Made by a program: the position numbers and the translations under genes | Notes under the pieces: model-generated | Databases searched by the model: none | Seen by the model: the letters and a program-made list of their open reading frames with translations, nothing else | Told to the model about the DNA's origin: nothing | Part shown: positions 16,333 to 22,826 of the stretch, in pieces | Layout: every line of letters starts with the position of its first letter | Numbering within the stretch: the first letter of the stretch is position 1 | Assembly (NCBI GenBank): GCA_041946805.1 | Contig: JBHGBC010000095.1 | Location: 1-22,826 of the forward strand | Length of the DNA: 22,826 nucleotides | From: a bacterium | GTDB lineage: Bacteria > Hinthialibacterota > Hinthialibacteria > Hinthialibacterales > Hinthialibacteraceae | Direction: 5' to 3'

Positions 16333-16800
16333 TTAATTTTCTACTTTGACCACCCATACCTTGAGATGGGCGGAGATATCGCCGGAGAGGCGGACCTGGA
16401 CGGTGTAAACGCCCAGAGCGCGGATGGGTTCGTCGAGAACGATCTTCCGGCGGTCCACTTCGAATCCCTTTTTGGCCAAGGCTTCGGCGATGTCCTTGGA
16501 CGTGACGCTACCGAACACGCGGTCTTCCTCACCCACCCTGACCGGAATGTTGACGGAGGTGGAGGACAGGCGGTTGGCGAGGTCCTGTTCGGTTTTGATC
16601 CGGCGTTTGTGCTGATCTTGCACCTGGCGTTGCCGGTGAGCAATCTGGGCAGCGCTGGCGCTGGCCGCGGGATACGCCAAGTTCTTGGGAATCAGAAAGT
16701 TCCGGGCGAATCCGCCTTTGACATTGACCACTTGCCCTTCCTGGCCCAGGTTGGGAATGGTTTCGGATAAAATGACCCGCATCGTGCTCATAATCGCCAA
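16333..16800 (-). CDS. rplI: 50S ribosomal protein L9
   Basis: MRVIL...NLGQEGQVVNVKGGFARNFLIPKNLA, RVFGSVTSKDIAEAL, PIRALGVYTV. SD AAGGAG lies 5 nt before TTG 16800, while the family-conserved start corresponds to ATG 16782. Confidence 0.97.
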   Translation of the reverse strand: MAIMSTMRVILSETIPNLGQEGQVVNVKGGFARNFLIPKNLAYPAASASAAQIAHRQRQVQDQHKRRIKTEQDLANRLSSTSVNIPVRVGEEDRVFGSVTSKDIAEALAKKGFEVDRRKIVLDEPIRALGVYTVQVRLSGDISAHLKVWVVKVEN

Positions 16801-17029
16801 ATGAACTCCTTAACAGGTTCTCGAACTGGTAAACAGTTGGGGATTCGTTTGATCCGCATGGATTAAAATCCACGCATGCCACCACGCTCTTCCAAACCAG
16901 AGATGGAGAATATCTGAATTCCCGTTTTTTTCCAGTTCCTCAAACGACACAAGGGTTTATTATTTTCTCGTCCATCGCTTCTGGCAAGGGGTATGGAGTA
17001 ACGTAGGGACGGGGGGATGGCCTCATTTT

Positions 17030-17147
17030 CGGTTCATCCGATAAGTGCGTACAGTTTTCCGAACGCATGGCCGGATATCGATTCGACGGGTGGGAGAGAG
17101 CCACCATAAATCCCCTCTCCCTCCGGGAGAGGGCCAGGGTGAGGGAA
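17030..17147. mobile_element. Left end of a MITE-like element plus a family-A hairpin (17113-17145); right end not clearly recognisable
   Basis: CGGTTCATCCGATAAGTGCGTAC at 17030-17052. The best nearby right-end candidate (17210-17232) matches only about 10/23. Confidence 0.5.
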
Positions 17148-17234
17148 GCCCGGCAAGGGCGGAATTCATCCTTTTCCTGCAATTGAGTAAACCATTACCC
17201 TGATTGACGACCAAACCTCCCCGGGTGACAAGCC

Positions 17235-18410
17235 TCAATGCGCCGCCACGCCGCGCAAGGCTTCGGCGACGCGCTGGGTGACTTCGCCCAGGCCGTCCGC
17301 CACCATGAAGGGGAAATCGGATTGCTTGAGAATCTCGCGGGCCTGGACGGCGTTGGTGCCTTGCAGGCGGACCACGACGGGCACATGGACCTGGACCTGA
17401 CTCATGGCCTGGACGATGCCGCGGGCCACGCGGTCGCAGCGCACGATTCCGCCGAAGATGTTGACCAGCACGGCCTTGACATTCTTGTCGGCCATGAGGA
17501 TGCGGAAGGCGGCCGCGACCCGGTCCACGTTGGCGGCCCCTCCGACGTCAAGGAAGTTGGCGGGCATGGAGCCGGAGAGTTTGACCAGGTCCATGGTGGC
17601 CATGGCCAGTCCCGCGCCGTTGACCATGCATCCCACTTCGCCGTCCAGTTTGATGTAATTCAGGTTGTGCATGCCGGCCTCGATTTCGAGCGGCCGTTCC
17701 TCGGAGAGGTCGCGGAGTTCGAGGTATTCCTGCTGGCGGAAGAGGGCGTTGTCGTCGAAGACGAATTTGGCGTCGAGCGCGGCCACGCGTTCATCCCGGG
17801 TGATGACCAGGGGATTGATCTCGGCCAGCGACGCGTCGCAGGTGGAAAAAGCCTCGTAGAGGTTCATGAACAACCGGGCGCAGCGGACGGCGATTTTCCC
17901 CTGGAGGCTCAAGCCATAGGCCAGTTGGCGGGCCTGGAAGGGCTTCAGGTTGCCGGAGCAATCGACGAAGGCCTTGAGGATTTTTTCGGGGAACCGGGCA
18001 GCCACTTCCTCAATGTCCATCCCCCCCGCGGCGGAGGCCATGACCACGGGCCGGCCGGCGGACCGGTCGATGGTGACGCCCACGTACAGTTCTTTTTCAA
18101 TGGGCAAACCTTCCTCCACGAGCACTTTGAGAACTTCCTTGCCCTCAGGCCCGGTCTGGGGAGTGACCAAGGTCATGCCCAGCATGCTGTTGGCGATTTC
18201 GCGGGCTTGGCGCGGGGTGTTGGCGATTTTGACGCCGCCGCCCTTGCCGCGGCCCCCGGCGTGGATCTGGGCCTTGATGACCACCGTGTCGGCGCCCAGT
18301 TCGCGGGCGACCCATTCGGCTTCCTCGGCGGTGGAGGCCACCTGCCCCTGGGGCACGGGGACCTGGAATTTCCGCAGGATTTCCTTGGCCTGGTATTCGT
18401 GGATTTTCAT
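17235..18410 (-). CDS. sucC: Succinyl-CoA ligase beta subunit
   Basis: MKIHEYQAKEIL, KAQIHAGGRGKGGGV, EINPL, GCMVNGAGLAMATMD, PANFLDVGG, NIFGGIVRCD, VVRLQGTN. SD AGGAG before ATG 18410. 391 aa. Confidence 0.98.
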   Translation of the reverse strand: MKIHEYQAKEILRKFQVPVPQGQVASTAEEAEWVARELGADTVVIKAQIHAGGRGKGGGVKIANTPRQAREIANSMLGMTLVTPQTGPEGKEVLKVLVEEGLPIEKELYVGVTIDRSAGRPVVMASAAGGMDIEEVAARFPEKILKAFVDCSGNLKPFQARQLAYGLSLQGKIAVRCARLFMNLYEAFSTCDASLAEINPLVITRDERVAALDAKFVFDDNALFRQQEYLELRDLSEERPLEIEAGMHNLNYIKLDGEVGCMVNGAGLAMATMDLVKLSGSMPANFLDVGGAANVDRVAAAFRILMADKNVKAVLVNIFGGIVRCDRVARGIVQAMSQVQVHVPVVVRLQGTNAVQAREILKQSDFPFMVADGLGEVTQRVAEALRGVAAH

Positions 18411-18458
18411 TGATCCTCTCCTACGGCCCGGTGGTTGCCGGATCGTTGAATAGTATTT

Positions 18459-18686
18459 AGGTTCACATGGCAAGTGAGTGTTATTTACCTGGATGCCCGG
18501 CCGGCATTCCCTCGAAGGGATCAATGTGAATCACCCTGGAATCCCCTCTCCCTCTGGGAGAGGGTCAGGGTGAGGGAATGCGATACATCGATGCCCCGCC
18601 TGCTTCGGGCTGGATCGGACTTAGTTGTCCTGCCGGATCGCAGGGGGATGAACTCTTTTCCAACCACGCACTTCCTGGATGAACCG
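18459..18686. mobile_element. MITE-like element (228 bp) with a degenerate left end and an internal family-A hairpin (18544-18576)
   Basis: Right end CCACGCACTTCCTGGATGAACCG (18664-18686) and left end AGGTTCACATGGCAAGTGAGTGT (18459-18481) match 15/23 as inverted repeats. Confidence 0.55.
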
Positions 18687-18693
18687 TATGTTT

Positions 18694-21351
18694 TCAATTA
18701 TTTTTGTTTTTTTCTTCCTGGAGTTCGGTAAGGCGCTTCAAGTTGGATTCCAGTTCCTCCAGGCGTTTTTCCAAATCCTTGTTTTTCTTTTCCAACTCAT
18801 CGATCCGCCCGGCGTTTTGCGCGGCCTGGTTGTTATCAAGGCCTTTACGGATTTCCGCGATGGCGTTTTTGGCGGCTTCGCGGAGGTTTTTATCCACGTC
18901 ATTTTGCTCTGTCCACTGGAGATGGGGAATGGCGTCCTTCATCCCCAGGGATTGCAATCCCTCCACCGCGGCCCGGCGGAGAGCCTCGGATTCGGATTTT
19001 AAGATCGGGATCAGGAGATCCAGCGTTTCCTGTTCGGATTGCCGGGTCTCGCCAGCCAGCTTTCCCAATCCCTGGAGGGCGGAGACCTGGACCTCCCGCG
19101 GATATGGATCTCGCGCATAGCGGTCCAGGGCGGGATAAACCCTGGATTCCTTCAAATCCACCAGGGCGTCCATCACCGCCAAGCGGATGGTGTCCATGTA
19201 AGAGTCCCGCTCGAGTCCCGGACTCAGGATTTCATAGGCGTTGTCGCATTTCACGCGCGCCAGGGCCCGCGCCGCCGCGGCCACGACCTGGATGGCGCGG
19301 TCGGTTTCAAACCGCTTCCGGAGGACGGGGTACACCTGCTCATCCTTGTAGTAATTCCCCAGCGCGGACACCGCCGCGGCGCGCAGCTTGGGCTCGGCAT
19401 CCCCGCTGAATTCGATCAACGCGTTCTGGACCCGCTCCCCCGGGATGGCCGCCAGCGACTCCACACACGTGGTCCGCAACCGGAGGAAGGATTCGCTCCG
19501 GACCGCCTGGCTCAAAGCCTCGATGACCTGATCGGATTTCTGGTCTTTCAAGGCCCGGGCGGCGCGGATTTTAACGATGATGGTGGAGCCGTTTTTCAGA
19601 TCGCGCAGCAGCATATCCTCCGGTTTTTCGTGTTCCAGTTCCATCAATACATTGAGCGAGGGGTCGATGACCACGCTGAGGGGTGGCGTGGGGCAATCGA
19701 AAAAGGCGGTTTCTTCTTTTTGGGAGATTTCAATGGTCTCACGGATCGTTTTCCCGTCCGTTTGGATTTCAATATCGAGGGGAAACGCGAAGGCGGCTTC
19801 GCCTTCCTTCATTTCCTGCGTTTGCGTGAGGACCAATTTGACCTGCCGGCGTTCGGGAATCCACTGGTGTTCCACTTTCAGTTTGGGATGTCCGGGGCGG
19901 TAGATCCATTGCTCGAAAAAGCGGTCCATCGGCTTACCCGTGACTTCCTCGACCACCTGCATGAAATCGGCGGTGCTCACCAGGCCGGGCGCGTGTTTGA
20001 CCAGGAAGCGGTTCAGGATTTTCCGGAACAAGTCCTCTCCGGCCTGGTTCCGCAACATGTGCAACACGCTGCCGCCCTTGGGGTACGAATGCGAATCGAA
20101 CATCTCCCAGGGCGATTCATACTCGTTGGTGACGATGGGACGGGTGTAGCCTTGGCTGGACCCGATGTAGCCTTCCATCATGTCCAGCACCGATTCCAGG
20201 AACGCGTCCTGGCCTTTTTCGTGGCGGATCCACAGCGGTTCGCTGTAGGTGGCGAAGCTTTCGTTCAGCCACAAGTCGTTCCAGGATTGGCAGGTGACCA
20301 GGTCGCCGTACCATTGGTGGAACAACTCATGAGCCACCAGGCCGTCCACGTCGTTATCGAGCCGGCCCTCCTCGTCGAGGACCGCTCCCTGGAAGAGAGT
20401 CGTGGCGGTAGTGTGCTCCATGCCGCCAGCGTTGAAATAGCGGACCGCCACCTGGGCGTACTTTTCGTAGGGATAAGGATAATCCAGGTAGTTGCTGAAG
20501 AACTCGATCATGGCCGGGGTCTTGCCGAGGCTGGGGCGGGCATCGGCCTCCTTGCCCGCCTCCACGTAATATTCCACGGGAATGCCGCGCCATTCATCCC
20601 GCACGATCCCAAAGCGGCCCGCCGCCAGGCTGACCAGGTAAACGGCGTGGGGCAGCTTCTGTTTCCAGTGGTCCGTGCGCCATTCCCCGTCCTCTTTAGA
20701 ATCCACGAGAAGGCCGTTGGAAAGCGTCACCATTTCCTTGGGCACGGTGACCATCATTTCAGTAGTCATGCGGTCGTTGGGGTAATCAGCGCAGGGGAAC
20801 CAGCACGAGCCGCCGAACGGCTCGTTGAGAGTGAACATCTGGTCCGGAGTTTCAGCCACCACGTGTTTGGAATCGGTGAAGTACATGCCGGTGTCCATCC
20901 AGGCGGGATTGGATTGCGGCGGCTTCACGGAATAAGCGATGGCGAGCGAGGCCGTGGCGTCCAGGGGCAGCGGTGCGGGGAACTCCACATGGACGGCGTC
21001 TTCGGAGTAGGTCCATTTCAGGGAAGGCTGGGAGGGGCAAGTGACCGAGGCGATGTCCATCCGCATGGCGTCGAAGCGGATGTATTTCACCTGGTCATGG
21101 ATGGGCCGGAAGTCGTAGCGGGCCGTGCCTTCCACCCGCTTTTCGTTCATGAAAATTTTCAGTTCCAGGCGCAGATGCTCAAAATCCACCGTGCGGTCTG
21201 GACGGTAATGGCGGGGATAAACGCCGTCCTTCAACTTCGGAGGAAAATGGAATAAGCCATCCATCGAATCCAGTGAAAAAACCGGAAACGAACCAAGCCA
21301 CAGAAACCACATGGCTGCCATCACGAAACGCCGAAAGCACGGTTGATACAT
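18694..21351 (-). CDS. M1 family zinc aminopeptidase (PepN-like) with C-terminal HEAT repeats and a coiled coil
   Basis: GGMEH, HELFH-X18-E (WLNE), SYPKGGSVLHMLR. HEAT-like repeats (LRAAAVSALG, LRRAAVEGL). SD GGAGG 7 nt before ATG 21351. Signal-peptide-like N-terminus. Confidence 0.93.
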   Translation of the reverse strand: MYQPCFRRFVMAAMWFLWLGSFPVFSLDSMDGLFHFPPKLKDGVYPRHYRPDRTVDFEHLRLELKIFMNEKRVEGTARYDFRPIHDQVKYIRFDAMRMDIASVTCPSQPSLKWTYSEDAVHVEFPAPLPLDATASLAIAYSVKPPQSNPAWMDTGMYFTDSKHVVAETPDQMFTLNEPFGGSCWFPCADYPNDRMTTEMMVTVPKEMVTLSNGLLVDSKEDGEWRTDHWKQKLPHAVYLVSLAAGRFGIVRDEWRGIPVEYYVEAGKEADARPSLGKTPAMIEFFSNYLDYPYPYEKYAQVAVRYFNAGGMEHTTATTLFQGAVLDEEGRLDNDVDGLVAHELFHQWYGDLVTCQSWNDLWLNESFATYSEPLWIRHEKGQDAFLESVLDMMEGYIGSSQGYTRPIVTNEYESPWEMFDSHSYPKGGSVLHMLRNQAGEDLFRKILNRFLVKHAPGLVSTADFMQVVEEVTGKPMDRFFEQWIYRPGHPKLKVEHQWIPERRQVKLVLTQTQEMKEGEAAFAFPLDIEIQTDGKTIRETIEISQKEETAFFDCPTPPLSVVIDPSLNVLMELEHEKPEDMLLRDLKNGSTIIVKIRAARALKDQKSDQVIEALSQAVRSESFLRLRTTCVESLAAIPGERVQNALIEFSGDAEPKLRAAAVSALGNYYKDEQVYPVLRKRFETDRAIQVVAAAARALARVKCDNAYEILSPGLERDSYMDTIRLAVMDALVDLKESRVYPALDRYARDPYPREVQVSALQGLGKLAGETRQSEQETLDLLIPILKSESEALRRAAVEGLQSLGMKDAIPHLQWTEQNDVDKNLREAAKNAIAEIRKGLDNNQAAQNAGRIDELEKKNKDLEKRLEELESNLKRLTELQEEKNKNN

Positions 21352-21510
21352 TACCAGACCTCCCACCAACAAGTTGCGTACGATTATAAACAGCGGAAGC
21401 ACGGGGGCTAGGCCATGCCGAAATCCCGTTTTGCCCAATCGACTTCCCTTTATTCCCCCGGCGGGGATTGGAGATAATACCGAAACACCAAACCAAGGAG
21501 CGAAACAACC

Positions 21511-22581
21511 ATGCCGATCCTGTTCGGACAGAACTTAGCACGCGCCCAGTTGGAGCGCTACACGGGGGCCGCCTGGCAAGTGGGGGGCGTACGGCATTTG
21601 CGGTTCGCGGAGGGGCCGGAGGAGGGAACGGAGGTCGTACAATTCGATACGGGCACGGGATTGACGTTCAACGTTTTGCCCAGCCGGGGTCTGGATATCG
21701 CCTCGGCCAAGTTCCGCGGCGCGTCGCTTTCATACGACAGTCCGGCGGGGGAGGCGCACCCGGCGCATTTCGAGCCGGGAGGGCTGGGCTGGCTCAAGAC
21801 GTTCTTCTGCGGGTTGCTGACCACCTGCGGCATGACCTGGGCGGGCGCGCCCTGCGAGGACGAAGGCCAGCCGCTGGGGCTGCACGGGCGCTATTCGCAT
21901 CTCGCGGCGCGGTATTTGAAAACCGGTGACGAGTGGGTTGGCAACAACCGTCGGTTGTGGGTCTCGGGAGAAATCCGGGAAGGCTACCTGTTTGGTCCCA
22001 ACGTGGTGATGCGCCGCACGCTGTCCACCGAGGTAGGCTCGAACACCATCCAGATCGAAGACGTGGTGAAAAACGAAGGCTTCGCCAAATCACCCCTGAT
22101 GTTGATCTACCACATCAACATCGGATTCCCCGTGCTGTCCGAAACCACGGAATTCGTGGCGGTTTCCCAAGTCCGGCCCCGGGACGAGGAAGCGGAGAAG
22201 GGCTTGAACGACTACACCCGCTTCGACAAGCCCATCGTGGGTTACAAGGAGCAAGTCTTTTATCACGACATGAAACCCGACCGCCGGGGATTCTGCCGCG
22301 CGGCGCTGGTGAACCCCGCGTTCAACCACAATCAGGGGCTGGGGATTCTGGTTTCGTACCGCAAGAAGGAATTGCCCTGCTTCGGCCAATGGAAAATGAC
22401 CGGCGCGGGAGCTTACGTGTGCGGGCTGGAGCCGGCCAACTGTTCCGTGGAAGGACGTGCCAAAAACCGCCAGACGGGGACACTGGTATTCCTGAAGCCG
22501 GGCGAGGAGCAGACTATCCGCGTCGACATCACCGTTCTGCCGGACAACGAGGCCATCCAGCGGGTGAGGAAGGGATTGTAA
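21511..22581 (+). CDS. Aldose 1-epimerase-like protein (DUF4432)
   Basis: LPSRGLDI, GLLTTCG, LHGRYS, IYHINIGFP, QWK...YVCGLEP. SD AAGGAG. Confidence 0.88.
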   Translation: MPILFGQNLARAQLERYTGAAWQVGGVRHLRFAEGPEEGTEVVQFDTGTGLTFNVLPSRGLDIASAKFRGASLSYDSPAGEAHPAHFEPGGLGWLKTFFCGLLTTCGMTWAGAPCEDEGQPLGLHGRYSHLAARYLKTGDEWVGNNRRLWVSGEIREGYLFGPNVVMRRTLSTEVGSNTIQIEDVVKNEGFAKSPLMLIYHINIGFPVLSETTEFVAVSQVRPRDEEAEKGLNDYTRFDKPIVGYKEQVFYHDMKPDRRGFCRAALVNPAFNHNQGLGILVSYRKKELPCFGQWKMTGAGAYVCGLEPANCSVEGRAKNRQTGTLVFLKPGEEQTIRVDITVLPDNEAIQRVRKGL

Positions 22582-22600
22582 CTGATATTTCAAAACGTAT

Positions 22601-22630
22601 CCCCCCGTCCGGGGGAAACCGGACGGGGGG
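22601..22630. terminator. Strong hairpin between convergent genes (probable shared terminator)
   Basis: Perfect 12-bp stem CCCCCCGTCCGG / CCGGACGGGGGG with a 6-nt loop. U-tracts are weak and offset. Confidence 0.65.
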
Positions 22631-22659
22631 CGGATTTGCCGGAGGAGGCAGGCCGGGGA

Positions 22660-22826
22660 TCAGTACAGCATGAAATCCCCGACTCCGGTTTTGTCATTCC
22701 CCAGGGTGATGGCGAAGATACTGAGGATCGGAGCATCCCGGGGGATGTCGTTGGGCATCACCAACGCCGTCAAGGTTTTGGTGTTGTCCAAAATGTACTT
22801 CTTCTTGATCAGGATCAGGCCGCCCT
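22660..22826 (-). CDS. C-terminus of a probably secreted protein (5' part outside the window; absent from the ORF track)
   Basis: Manual translation: GGLILIKKKYILDNTKTLTALVMPNDIPRDAPILSIFAITLGNDKTGVGDFMLY*. Open to the window end, with typical codon usage. Confidence 0.75.
   Translation of the reverse strand, partial: GGLILIKKKYILDNTKTLTALVMPNDIPRDAPILSIFAITLGNDKTGVGDFMLY

Noticed and set aside
17238..18413. 391-aa plus-strand ORF
   Set aside because: Antisense shadow of sucC caused by GC-rich codon bias.
9361..18578. CRISPR array from the recurring 33-39 bp hairpin repeat
   Set aside because: Copies are mostly kilobases apart, occur in both orientations, and have no regular spacers or cas genes.
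19039..21255. 738-aa plus-strand ORF
   Set aside because: Antisense shadow of the M1 aminopeptidase, with no motifs.

Overview
GC-rich bacterial chromosomal window with no rRNA, tRNA, CRISPR array, transposase or integrase. It holds 15 complete CDSs and 2 CDSs truncated at the window edges. Left half: the 3' part of a sensor histidine kinase, three tandem type IV pilin-like paralogues (identical 219-aa mature length), a secreted hypothetical protein, a secreted GH172/DUF2961 multidomain protein, a TPR protein and two near-identical DUF1080 paralogues. Right half: a Trm11/UPF0020-like methyltransferase with a family-4 uracil-DNA glycosylase, a GT2, a secreted hypothetical protein, rplI, sucC (no sucD here), an M1 aminopeptidase with HEAT repeats, a DUF4432 aldose-epimerase-like protein and the C-terminus of a probably secreted protein. 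Many intergenic regions are mosaics of REP-like palindromes. Several are packaged in a ~210-270 bp MITE-like unit with 23-bp terminal inverted repeats. The pilin-like family and a C-terminal 'VGDFMLY' motif suggest a Sumerlaeota/Hinthialibacterota-like candidate-phylum host (inference from recall, not a search). The best leads are the orphan pilin-like array beside glycan-processing genes, the MITE/REP composite family (copies flank sucC), and the Trm11-like enzyme in a bacterium.
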